Origin: Dirinaria sp. TL-2023a
Taxonomy: Eukaryota
DNA length: 51,073 nucleotides
Reading direction: 5' to 3'
Assembly: GCA_051941275.1 (NCBI GenBank)
Contig: JAVEBF010000021.1
Location: forward strand, 1 to 51,073
Shown piece by piece: positions 13,017 through 25,380 of this stretch. A program made the position numbers and the translations under genes. The stretch's first letter is position 1, and the number at the start of each line of letters is the position of its first letter. The notes under the pieces are model-generated. The model was not told the DNA's origin. It saw only the letters and a program-made list of their open reading frames with translations, and made no database searches.

Positions 13017-13715
13017 CTAGGAGTGCGTCGTCCATTCACAGACTGGTCGACATGCTAGTGCTCTCAGCGAGCATTTACGGCTACGTGATAGTACGCCCTG
13101 ATGGTATCCTCCAAGGCGGCCTCGTGTTCGCTCTTTTCGGAGCCCACCTTGCCCATCGTTCAATATACCTCGCCTCTCCAGGTTTAGCAGGAACATTGAT
13201 TCGTGCCATGCTGGCGATATTCTGAGCGAAGGGGCAAGCCAAGGGTATTCATGAAAGGACATCATGGTCCAGCGTCCTTTAGCCAGTCAATGGCGCAAGA
13301 TGTCTTGGTCGGCTACTGTTGAACGGACCAGACTCTCAAGATCTTGCGTTCGTTCAACGATTTCACCCCAGCGGAAGTTGCGCTCCACGAATTCCAATTC
13401 GATTGAACATGCCAGGGCTTAAGAGAAGTCTCGCTGCTTTCGAACGTCTGCGAATGCCTTTGCCAGTACGGTTCGGAGCTCGTCTACGCGCCTCAATTTT
13501 ATTTCAATGTGGAATGACCACTCGAGATCCTTGAACATCTCGTCTCTGAATTCCTGATATGTTTCCCTGCTAATGCATACTACATTCATCTTGAAGGTAT
13601 TGGAGCATCCGGAGAAACCTTCGGTAATTCGTATCCGGGAATTCCGTCTTGCTGGTGGTAGATACGAGTAGATTCTCGCTCTGACTTCAGTTGGAAGGTC
13701 CATGAAGCTGGCCAT
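13017..13715 (-). pseudogene. Probable pseudogene of an F-box-like protein
   Basis: MASFMDLPTEVRARIYSYL F-box-like start; one reading frame runs to 13017, interrupted only by TAA (13421-13419) and TGA (13289-13287); no convincing intron removes them. Confidence 0.55.
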
Positions 13716-14252
13716 TATATGCAGCGCGACAGAGTAAACCAAATTTTTGCGTGCTGATCCAGAGTATTCATATGGAGCAAGGCTGTTGGATCTTTCATGT
13801 CAATGGTTTTACGCAACAACTGCTAAGTGAAGCTATTGCGATGGAGCATACTCTTGGAAGTCTTTGAAGATACGTTCCCTCTATTGCGATGGGTTGTATC
13901 CGACCGATATTCGAATGCGGAGAAGGCCCATATTCTGTACGTGTCCAATATTTTTGAAACCGCGGTCCGGTCTATAGCACCTACCTACGTACATGTGCAA
14001 AAGGTACTCACCTATTGCCTACTGCATTAACTTCTCTGCTGAGGTAAGGTATAAGGTAGGTACGGAGGTATGCCAACGTGAGGTAGCTCGTACCTACCTT
14101 ACCTAACACCGCGTAATGTTGCTAGTGCGGTAATGCTAAAGATTCGAGGCATTGAAGTTACCGAGAGTGCAGACAAAATATCCTTGTAGTCGAGCCGTTC
14201 AAAACCACTGCCCCAAAGAACATGAGGACTGAATTCCAGTCGAAACGCTGCG

Positions 14253-14905
14253 ATGTTCAAAAAGGAGTTCGTATGTTCCGTTAAGGGTGTGGCTCATTGC
14301 TGACTTGGTGATGCAGCATTTCAGCTGGGGCCAAGTCAAAAGTCAAGTCATCGGCTCAGCGTGCGATCCGCACCAAAGTCATCGAAACATACCCTTTGCT
14401 TGCTCCGCACATTGATGAAATCATCCCCAAAAAATCGCAGCTCGATCTGCTGAAGCTGTGGGGAGCTACCTCCCAGCAGACCCTAGCACATGCATGGCTA
14501 ACCATGGTATATAGCCCTGACCGAGTGTCTCTTTACGCTCTTGACAATGAGCCGCTCTTTTGGCAACACATGGACGATCCGCTGATTCCTCACTTGCACG
14601 TGGTACATGCCTTCCCTCAATGCTTCTCAAAGGTTGGCATTGATCGAGGAGCGATCCGGTTTGTGCTTTCAGGCGCGACACTAATGGCTCCTGGCTTAAC
14701 ATCCGCTGGTGGTCGTTTGCCAGATGCTGCTGAAGAACTCAAAGAAGGGCAAGTAGTTGTCGTGGAAGCGGAAGGTAAAGAGAAAGCGTGCCTGATCGGC
14801 CAGCTGAGGATGGGAACGGAGGAGATCAAGGCCAAAAAGAAGGGCGTGGTCATGGATTCTGGGCATTATCTGGGCGATGGGTTGTGGAAATTAGTAATTG
14901 ATTAA
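14253..14905 (+). CDS. TMA20: Translation machinery-associated protein 20 (MCT-1, pre-PUA + PUA domains)
   Basis: MFKKD/ISAGAKSKVKSSAQRAIR; DRGAIRFVLSGATLMAPGLTSAGG; HYLGDGLW; two introns (approx. 14267-14317, 14458-14513). Confidence 0.93.
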
Positions 14906-15271
14906 ATGCAAGGAGAGGAGACTCTCATTAGAATCGAATTGTGTTGAAAGCAGTCGTTGGCAGCTGGATGAATAACATAGACCTTATGTACGTAGACAAG
15001 CTGAGGTACATGATCAATAAACCGGTTGCGCGATCGACATTTGGATTGTCGAGGACTACGTACACTGCATACTCTAGGCTTCCCAGTCCTTCCCATTTAT
15101 TTGACCATCCTCACCCTTTCTCACCATCTAGCTCATTTCTGCGAATTTCAAAAGTCTCGTCCTAGAAAAGCCAACTTCACTCTCGACATACTTCCAATGA
15201 CAATGAGATCCGATCGTGGTGAAAGCCAGACAATGCGTTCCCCAACCCTGGTCAGACCTTCACCCTGAGCC

Positions 15272-18200
15272 ATGTATTGGCCCTTGGGCGCCCCCAAAGT
15301 CTATGCTGCAGCAAAACGGCGGCGAAAATCTCCGCCAGCTGATGCGAGTGATGGAGAAGTCTCTGACGCGAAGGGTGAGCAAGCCCATGCAATCCTTGGG
15401 TTTCGGACCTCGCGCAATGGGGAAGTATTCGCTACAATCACTGCCACTGCCTTGACGATCTGGCAAACCTCGGTAAGGACCCAGCAGTACCGGTCTGATT
15501 GATTCTGACTGATAAATAGCCAGTCTTGGTGCTTGCTACAGTTACCAGATCTCCCTCATCTCTTAAGCAGTACGGTCCGAATGTTGCAGTCCTCCTTCGC
15601 CCCGATTCCTCAATTGCAGCCGTACAGACCCTGAATGGCTTTCTTGTCACTTATAATGTCTCCCTGGATCGTGAAGCTCGGATATTTCAGCAACTGTACG
15701 AAGGCGGCCAGACGCGCCGGCAAAGCAACGCAGAGCAAATCGTAATAGAGCAGGAGCAGAAGGGTGTTCGAGAGGTCAATATCAGCTTCCGCATGGTTAT
15801 CAAGATTGATGCGGGAATTGGTAAGGCTTTGGCATTAGATGATGAGCTTATTGTCGCCACGCAAAAGCCGGCAGCGGTGCAATGTATTCGGTGGGCTCCA
15901 GCTGGCACAGGTAGCCAGACCAGCACGGAGCTTGTCAGTCGCATGTCATGGATACACAAGAGATCAGCTATTAAGGACATAATTTACGATCGAGCAATGA
16001 GCCTTTCTGTCTGGATCTCTGGCGATGGCACAGCCTACGCAGTTCAGCGTGTCTTGGGACCGCCAAAGGAACCTGACCCGCCCAGGAGGCTTTTTAAAGG
16101 GTATGAGTTTCACAGGCCCGACTCTGAAGCTTGCTTAGCAATCAAGGCTGCGATCAACGCACGCTTCTCGCTGATGGCAGTAGGCTGTGCCAACGCCGAA
16201 ATATGGGTCTATTGCGTGAGGGACTATGCTGGGAGCATACCTCTCTCACACCTTTTACAACCTCCATCATCTCTGTCAACGACCGGCAAAATTACTAGCC
16301 TGAGCTATTCGCCAGATGGATACTGTCTTTTTGTTGGTTACGAGAGGGGCTGGGCGTGCTGGAGTGTTTATGGGAAGCCCGGAGCAAGCAGCTTCGCCGC
16401 TGATCGAGGTCTTTCCAAATCGAACACAGAGGGTTGGTTGGAAGGCATTTGCGAAAGCGCCTGGTTCAATAACGGGCTTAATTTACTGCTTTCGAGCTCC
16501 AATGACGGGCGACTGTGGACACTGGGAATGGCTAAGAGTGCCGTTACCGGATGCTTCTCTGCTGCTAATATCGCTCGGTTGGTTTTGCTGACCGATTCAA
16601 GTCTTATGATATATCGAGGATACGATTTGCCGATACTCACGACGCTGTCAGGAGACTCGTCACTCTGGCAACATGTACAGATACCCTCAGCATATTTGAC
16701 CCTACAGCGGCCCATCCGCGCCGTAGTGACTTCTCTTGACGGGAGGTATGTGGCCGTAGCCGGTCGGCGCGGGCTGGCTCACTACAGTGTTGGTAGCGGA
16801 CGGTGGAAGACCTTCGAAGATGCTGTGGAAGAAAATGCTTTTGTGGTCCGAGGTGGTATGTGCTGGTATCAACACATCCTAATCGCTGCCATCGAAACAG
16901 AGGAGCACCAAGAGGTATACCCCCAATTCAACATCCGAATTTCCCTTGGTTCTGAGCCTGATAGCCTACAGTTGCGACTTTACTCCAGGGAGCGATCCCT
17001 GGGTGTGTCCTCTCTGATCTACACAGAACGACTTCCCACTTCCGCTGTTGTGGTCGCTTTGGTTGGCCAAGACTCCTTACTTGTCTACACATACGAAAAC
17101 GTCCTTTACCATTATGTAGTCAATGCATCGGGCGCCAATGTTGCTCTTGTACAAGTAGGACAAATTGCACTCCACGGCATCGTCCGAGCCCCGGCGCGAG
17201 TAAGGGCTGTGAGCTGGATTCTGCCGGATCACCAATTACGTAAGTATGGACATCCAAAACGAAGGTTGGAGTTCATGGCTAACAGAGTATAAGGAGATGG
17301 AGACCCTTCTCAAGATGTTGCAACTGCTTCGGTGCTATTCCTAGTTGATGCGAAACTCGTTCTGTTGCAACCATCTACCCACGACGACGAGCAAATGAAG
17401 TATGATATGAGAGTCATGGCTCGTAATGTGGAATATTTTCACCTCATGCGCGATCAGCTTTCTTTGACGAGTTCACCTGGACAATCGCCGCTTTCGACAC
17501 CCCTCGAAGGCCAACCAGAAGGCTTCGGGAGCGACAAAGGACTACGAGATTCTTTGTGGTACTTCGACGGGGAGCAGCTGCACTGTTGGAACGATGTAGA
17601 GGTCCTCCTCCAACGTCTCTCTATCGAGAGCGAGTCAGAACTGCCCGAAGCCATCTCAGTCTCCAACGACTTCTACCCGTCGTCCATTGCACTTGAAAGG
17701 GGCGTCGTGCTTGGTTTAGATGCAGATTTGATCCAGCGTCGCGACGTCCAATTTGCCTTCTTCCGATCCTCTGTCCGGGTAAGCTTGAACATAGCTCGTA
17801 TCGAAAATACCGCTAACCCCTTACCAGACGCAACTCTTCTTACCGCACGTCCTCCGACGGTTCCTAGCTTCATTTGACTCTGCAGCTGCATCGAGTCTGT
17901 CGCATCGCTACAGTCGCCTGCCGTATTTCTCTCATGCTCTCGAAATTCTACTCCACATGGTCCTCGATGAAGAAGTGGACACACCTCCAAACCCTGAAGA
18001 CGCGATATTGCCACCAGTCATCTCCTTTCTCTCTTCTTTTCCAGATTACCTGGACATCATCGTCCAATGCACCCGCAAGACAGAGGTGCGCTCATGGCGT
18101 ACTCTCTTCGCCCACTTGCCACCGCCTCTAGAGCTGTTTGAGGCATCACTGGCGAAAGGCTTTTTGAAAACAGCCGGCGGGTATTTGCTCGTTCTTCACA

Positions 18201-18607
18201 ATTTTAATGATCTCGAGTCAAGCTCACAGCAATGCGTCCGACTATTACAGCGAGCCAAAGAGGAAGGCGAATGGGAGCTGTGCAAGGAGCTTGCCCGCTT
18301 TTTGTTAGCCCTCGACGCCTCGGGCGACACTTTAAGGCAGGCCTTAGCAAAGATTGAATTGGCTCCACGGCCGGGTAACGCGGAAAATACGCAGAATATA
18401 AAGCTCAACACGCCACGACCTGACTATAATAGGGATTGGAGGGTGCATAACATCAAAGGCGCAATTAATGGTGACTTAACGAGACATCGAAGTCCGCAGG
18501 GTGGCGCAGGAGGTCGAAGCTCAAGAAGTCGAAGCGTTACTTCCGAAGAAGGATCCGCTGCAGCTGAAGACGACTATTTTTCACCTCGTTCCTCAATGGC
18601 TGACTGA
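15272..18607 (+). CDS. RIC1: RIC1 (Ric1-Rgp1 GEF subunit for Ypt6/Rab6), beta-propeller + RIC1 domain
   Basis: MYWPLGAP start, AVAGRRGLAHYSV, VRGGMCWY, QCTRKTEVRSWRTLF, LKTAGGYLLVLH, WELCKELARFL; four introns (approx. 15472-15519, 16915-16970, 17240-17293, 17779-17828). Confidence 0.92.
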
Positions 18608-18784
18608 TGAACATGTCTGGTCTTCAGGAAAGTATGGGTGTCATGCATCAGTACGGAACTCATTAGCGAGGCGTTGACGGGCTCTTTGTTTTCGACATTG
18701 TACAGAGTATCACTATTTCAGTGCAACACGTGATTCGACTTATTATCTATGACGATTTAGTAGTACTAAGGTACGTTCAGACCA

Positions 18785-18865
18785 AGCGCTACCTCGACGT
18801 AGCTTGTTTGGTAGCAAAAAGCAGTAAGGTAAGGTAAGGTAGGTAGGTAAGGTAGGTAGTAAGAT
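18785..18865. repeat. (GGTAA/GGTA)n tandem run upstream of the alpha-glucosidase
   Basis: AGTAAGGTAAGGTAAGGTAGGTAGGTAAGGTAGGTAG at approx. 18823-18859. Confidence 0.8.
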
Positions 18866-19115
18866 AAAGTAGTTGGCTCCGTCGGGTAGCGCCTGGAGCT
18901 CCCTTTATGATCATTGGTGCAGCCCCCTACCGTAGTAGGGTGCGCCAAAACTGCTGCCGCCCGACTGAACTCTGTCAAATTATCGATGATGCATGAACCC
19001 TGGCTAGCAATTTGCATCTCGCAGAGCATTGGGATCGTACTTAGCAGTCATTATTGTTATCAAGGCGGATTGATTCTTCTATACCTCGAGTTTGCATACT
19101 CCTGCGCCACTCAAG

Positions 19116-21196
19116 ATGATCGAAGCTTGGTGGAAAGAAGCGGTAATATACCAGGTCTACCCCTCGTCGTTTCTTGACACCAACGACGATGGCTGGGGAG
19201 ATATTAAAGGCATCACGTCTAAGCTTGACTACCTCAAGCAACTCGGCGTCGATATCGTATGGGTGTCTCCAAGTAAGCCAAATCCTACGAAGGAAAACTT
19301 TTGTTCCTTACCCCCTAAATCCTAATGACGCTTATTTTTCCTCGTTAGTATATAAAAGCCCGCAAAAGGACATGGGATATGATATCGCCGACTACAAAGC
19401 CATTGACAAATCCTACGGCACCATCGAGGATGTCGATCAGCTTATTTCGGAGCTGAAAAAGCGTGGGATGAACCTCATGATGGATCTTGTAGTGAATCAC
19501 ACTTCGGACGAAGTACGTACTTTTCGCAGTCTATGCTCCATCACCGCCAAGGGATACTATATCCCTTGTCAAATGGCGCTTGTTGTACAACTCCTTAGAG
19601 CGTTTGAGATGCCTTAGCAATAGGGTGAGGCAAGCAACACCAACCCCAAACCCATCTCTTGTTCTTAGACGTTTCGTATTGCATCTCCTGGACACTTGTC
19701 GATTTTGGCGGTGTGTCCGTTCCGACGACTGCGCTAATGCTTCATCTAAGCATGAGTGGTTTCTCGCCTCAAAGTCCTCTTTGACATCGCCAAAGCGCGA
19801 TTGGTATATCTGGAAGCCCCCATCAGCATACGACAACGAGGGAAATCCTTTGCCGCCCAACAACTGGTCACAAATTCTTGGCGAAGCCAATAGCGCTTGG
19901 ACTTATGACTCACACACTAACGAGTTCTTCCTTTCCCTCTTCACTCCCTCACAGCCGGATCTCAACTGGGAAAATCCCGCTGTGCGGGCTGCAGTCCACG
20001 ATATAATGGATTTCTGGCTAGAGCGTGGCGCCTGCGGCTATCGTATGGATGTAATCAACCTTATCAGTAAGGACCCAAGATTTCCAGATGCGCCGCCTAG
20101 CTTAGGCAAGGGTATAAAGTACCATCCTGGGGGGAAGTATTATGTCAACGGGCCTCGAATGCACGAGTACCTCCGCGAGATCCATGACAAGGTGCTGGTG
20201 AAGTACAACGCAATAACTGTGGGTGAGATGCCGGGAATAAGCGATATCAATGAGATCATTCAAACTGTGGGTAGCAACAGCGGCGAGCTCAATATGATAT
20301 TCATATTCGACATCGTTTCAGTTGATGACGTTCCCGGTAAGGTACGTATGACTCTACAACCGTGGAGTGTCAAAGACATTCGCCAGATTGTCGATAAATG
20401 GCAAAGGGCAATGCTTGAGCACGATGGCTGGAACAGCGTGTTCTGTGAAAACCATGACAACCCTCGAAGTGTATCTCGTTATACAGATGACACCGATGCA
20501 TTTCGTATTTACGGAGCGAAATTGGTAGCACTGATGCAGACAACCTTGAGCGGTACGTTGTTCGTCTATCAAGGCGAAGAGATAGGGATGAGAAATGTGT
20601 CAAAGAGCTGGGATATTGAAAAAGAGTACAGGGACATTGAAAGCATCAATTTCTGGAAGAAAAGCAAGGCTCTATATGCCGCCAATCCAAAGTGTTTGGC
20701 GGAGCAGCGGAGGGTCTTGGAAAAAAAGGCACGCGACCATGCTAGGACGCCAGTCCAGTGGAGTGCTGAACCTAATGCGGGATTTTGTAAGAAGGGGGTG
20801 GAGCCATGGATGAGGGTCAATGATGATTACAAGGAATGTAACATCGAAATGCAGATGAACGCTGATAGCATAGAGGACTTATCAGTCTGGCAGTACTGGC
20901 AGAGAGGCATCGCAAACCGAAATCAGCACAAAGATGTTTTCGTGTATGGCGGTTATGAAACCCTTGGCCGACCCAGCGAGGAAGTATTTGCATACCTTAG
21001 GACAGGCTCCAAAGGAGGGAAGTGGATAATAGTCCTAAATTTCTCAGGAAAGACGGTGCAGTGGGACATTCCTCCTTCGGTCAGCATTCGAGGCTGGATG
21101 GCGGGAAATTATCTCAAAGGGAAGCCAGAGAAGGCGCTGAATGACCGGGTCGAGCTCCAGCCATGGGAAGCAATATTAGGTCTATGCGAAGATTAG
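19116..21196 (+). CDS. GH13 alpha-glucosidase / oligo-1,6-glucosidase (maltase-like)
   Basis: [38 protein letters not shown], catalytic [26 protein letters not shown]; introns approx. 19273-19348 and 19513-19750. Confidence 0.95.
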
Positions 21197-21401
21197 GTAC
21201 TTGAGGAAAGGTTAAGTCTCGTCGAAACTACTTGATAGCCTGACTCTGTAAGCATTCTTAGGACATTTAGTAACTGCTCGACTCTTTCGCAGGACTGCGC
21301 GAATGGCCCCGTCACTGCTGAAACTCACAGATAATTTGGCCAGTTTGTCGTTGGTGAGCAAGTAGATTTTCGGAAGCAATCACCATGGGGAAGACTTGAT
21401 G

Positions 21402-22208
21402 TCAAATCATGGATCCATTCGGGTTTTGTGAATCCGTCTGTGATCCAAGTAGCTGCACAGAGGCCTCTTTCGGTTCCTTCCGTGCCGAGATTGACTTGAG
21501 TATGAGCCTGAATTCTCCCTCTTGTGTACCAAAGTAACTTTGGGCGCCTGCAATCAGTTTCTTGCGGACCGGCAATGGAGATTGTGAAAGTGAAACAGGG
21601 GCGCACCTTCTCATCATGATGCCTATCCTCCTTACATGCTCCGTCTTGAGAGTGCCTATATCTTTCCTTTCCTTCCCTCTATAGAAAGCATTGAAATCTT
21701 TCCATGCTTTGAACGTGGTTCCGCCGCCCGTTGGGCCTTGAAGTTCTGTTTCCCAATTGATGGCCGCGTGCTCTCGTCCATCCTCTCGCTTCTCCGCAAT
21801 CTCATGGTCTCGAAGGATAAGCGTGTAAACTTTTTCGTCTCCCTGGACAATACTGATTTCAATTCCATCGTAGGCACTCATATCCCAGGCTTGAGCACTA
21901 TTTGAGTCTTCGTCATTGCCTACCCTCCCCACCAAGCTATCTTTCTTGTCGTCATTCTCGGGGCTGAACTGGGATGCGAAACCCGCGCCACCAAGCGTCT
22001 TAATGTCCAAATTTCCATAAAAAGCGGCACAATTACCCTTTAAAGGCGTCAGGTCAGACTTAGAAGAGCCTCCCCGTACGCGGTCGTCTATCGTCTTCCA
22101 GGTAGGAGGGACGAACGGTCTGCATTACCCATGAACTTCTGTAGATCAGGACAAGATTTCCTTTGAGCTTTACTTAGATCCGCCAAAGAGGGAGAAAATT
22201 TCTGCCAT
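21402..22208 (-). CDS. CIA30-domain protein (NDUFAF1-like domain)
   Basis: ATG 22208 (MAENFLPLFGG), intron, then W..IDDRVRGGSS, GNLDIKTLGGAGFASQ, F.AFYRGKE, IMMR/SYFGTQEGEF across an in-frame second intron near 21608-21552. Confidence 0.88.
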
Positions 22209-22334
22209 TGCTTGTTGACCTGGAATCAGGTGGACCAGCTGTTATAATTGCTTTACCGATTTGAATTCTGGGCTCTAGGACGTCGCTAATGATTATTTTG
22301 CTGAGCAGCAAGCTTTGATCGGGGGGAAATAAGG

Positions 22335-22750
22335 GAAGGTGCCTGAGGCACTACTACCTTAGGTCGTAAGGGAAGGTACATTGAGGTACGTTGAGGTAAG
22401 GTAATAATGTAAGATACCTACCTTAAGGTACCTTAAGGGGACGAGGGGAGTACCCGCCTCGACCTACCTAGGTACGCACACATGGTAATGTAAGGTACAA
22501 TTACCGTAAGATAGGTAGCTTACCAAACCAAACATAGGTAAGGTAGCCTTTGCCAGCGTTTGAATGGTAATGTATCGTAAGGAGTAAGGTAAGGTATCTC
22601 CAGCTTGGGTACGTTACGTATGAGGGGAACTCGTTGACCCCACTCTTGAATATTATAAAGTAAAGTACCTTAAGTACTGTAGGTAGGTACCCCACCTCAG
22701 TCCCTCACTTGACGGACCAATACATACAATAAAGTATGTACTTTACCGTA
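22335..22750. repeat. Largest TACCTT/AAGGTA cluster, including an 18-bp perfect palindrome
   Basis: CCTTAAGGTACCTTAAGG at 22421-22438 plus many AGGTAAGGTA, TACCTAGGTA and GTACCTTAAGTAC words between the divergent CIA30 and hmgA genes. Confidence 0.8.
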
Positions 22751-22997
22751 GTCTTCAGGGATGTGCATGTCCATCTTCTCGGGCAACAATTGACGAGCGT
22801 GACGATGCTCGCTATGACGGATCCTCGCATCACTTGGTTGAAGCTCTCGGGATCCTCGCACCTAAGCGGGGGCTCCGGTGAGCCTGGGTTACTCCTATGA
22901 GACTTCCTTTAGAGACTCTCCTTGAATACACAACTTACTTGAACTCCTCTACTGTACTTATCAACGGTATTGATCATCCCCCAGTACGATACCTAAG

Positions 22998-24465
22998 ATG
23001 CCTACAACGCGCTTCAACGTTCCGGAAAAATACAAGTACCATAGAGGGTTTGCTTCATACATCGAGTAAGCGAAGTTTGACTCTTCCGCACCCGAGCGGC
23101 CGCTGATTCAACTCCAGGTCTGAAGCTATACAGGGTGCGCTTCCTATTGGGCAGAATACTCCCCAAAAGCCCGCGTATGGCCTCTACACGGAAAAATTAT
23201 CTGGGACCTCCTTTACGGCTCCACGCCATGAGAATCAGCAGTCCTGGTTATACCGCATTCTGCCTGCCGCTTCCCATTCGGCTTTTGAACGAAAGGAGTC
23301 GACTACCTATGGCCATAATCCTGAGGCGCTGAAGCTAAATCAGATTCCCAATCAGCTGCGATGGGACCCTTTCGATCTCGAGGAATCAGTCGATTGGGTC
23401 GATTCTCTTCATCTTGTGGCCGGTGCAGGTGATCCTACCGTTAAGCAAGGCATTGGTATCTTCATCTTTGCAGCCGGTAAATCTATGGAGGAGAAGTCCG
23501 CCTTCTACTCAGCCGACGGCGATTTCCTTATCGTCCCCCAGCACGGTGTATTGGACATTCTAACCGAATTTGGCCCTATTCTGGTCCGGCCCAACGAAAT
23601 CTGCGTCATCCCTCGTGGGGTCCGTTACCGTGTCTCTCTACCTCATGGCCCTGTACGGGGTTACATTCTTGAGCTATATCAAGGCCACTTTACCCTTCCA
23701 GAGCTTGGTCCTATAGGTTCCTTTTGTCTCGCGAATCCACGGGATTTTCTTGTACCACAAGCAACTTTCCAAGAGGATCATTCAGGCGCTCTTGCTTACA
23801 CTGTATTTAGCAAATTCGCTGGACGTCTGTTTTTTGCCAAGCAGACGCATACCCCTTTCGATGTTGTTGCATGGCATGGCTTATACTACCCGTACAAATA
23901 TGATCTTGGCCGCTTCTGCACCATGGGCTCCATCTCTTATGATCACCCGGACCCTTCCATCTTCACTGTACTCACTGCCCCGTCAGATCATCCCGGCACG
24001 GCGGTAGCCGACTTCGTGATCTTTCCTCCTCGCTGGCTTGTCCAGGAAGACACGTTCCGTCCACCATACTATCATCGTAATACAATGTCAGAATTCATGG
24101 GCCTGATATACGGTCAATATGATGCGAAGACTGGCGATAATTTTCAGCCTGCAGGAGCGAGTTTGCATAATGTGATGAGCGCGCATGGCCCTGATAGGGA
24201 AACTTTTGAGAAAGCATCGAGCGCGGAGCTGAAACCTATGAAAATTGGGGAGGACAGTATGGCTTTCATGTTCGAAAGCTCGCTGATGGTGGGTGTAACC
24301 GATTGGGGTTTGAAGAGCTGTCAGAAGGTCCAGCAGCACTATAATGCGGAGAGCTGGGAGCCACTCAAAGTTCATTTCAAAAAACCAGATAGGAAGGGTG
24401 ACGGTTTGAGGATAGATGGAGAGGACGGGCGACCAGACTTGGGGTTTTGGGTTGGAGAGAGTTAG
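22998..24465 (+). CDS. hmgA: Homogentisate 1,2-dioxygenase
   Basis: [88 protein letters not shown]; one intron approx. 23066-23117. Confidence 0.97.
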
Positions 24466-25380
24466 CAACCTGTAGCACAGAACATGCAAAGCCGCTCAAC
24501 CTCGTTCGCACCACCGCCCCGATAAGGGACCGCAGTGATCAATTACTCTCGGTTAATTTTTGAAACAGGTGTTGTGTATCAAATAGTAATTGAGACTGAG
24601 CCGCCTGTGAAATCCAGCGACGATTGTTGTCATTTGTAGTCCCTTACCTGAGCAGATGATGCTCACCGCGGGATACGGACCGCTTTCAATATCAAATAAG
24701 ATGCCTGAGGAATTTTCATTGAACTCTAAAGCGCACTGACATTGCACTATGATGCACAGTTGATGGTAGCTTCGTACAGAGTCAGTCCTCTGCTACTTGA
24801 GAGAGAGGACCATAAGAATCTTACCCTATTTCCAAGGCATTACGTAGTTCCCTTGTACTTTCAAGAGATACACCGGAGATCCCTCGTCCCATCGAGGAAG
24901 CCTGCTATTGAGACAGTTTCTCGGCTTGATAGCGCCCATGAGGAAGGAACTCCATCTTTTTTCTGCGATTTGTTCGAATTCAAGCACTTCTGAATAAGAC
25001 ACCTCGCTTCATCAGGAACATGAGTATCACGGTTTCGATTTGCCTCTGTCGAGGTGCCGTTTCGCAACTAGTTGCGCCCCATTTTAGCCTAGTAATAGAC
25101 ACATTGACTGTCTGGCTTTTGCATGATCTGGCTGTCTTGAAGCCTTGCCGGGGTCCAAGACCCTTAGATTGCCTTAGTGCTGACAGCGTTCTGTGTCTCT
25201 TGTCATAGCACAAAATTTTGCGTGGTCGTTCTCAAATTTTTAGATATGGCCCTCATTGACCTGGTCGTGCCTACAAAGAACAATGTGGACATGTCAACAA
25301 TTTAAGTGTAACAGGCTATTTTAACTTGTACGTGTGTCTGAGGAACCGAGAATACTCAATGATCACCTATGGCTCATACT

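Noticed and set aside
18820..18862. CRISPR-like or true telomeric array
   Set aside because: Eukaryotic DNA; the units are 4-5 nt without spacers and are not TTAGGG.
24466..25380. Short ORFs between hmgA and JmjC
   Set aside because: Short, on both strands and without motifs; compatible with UTR or spacer sequence.
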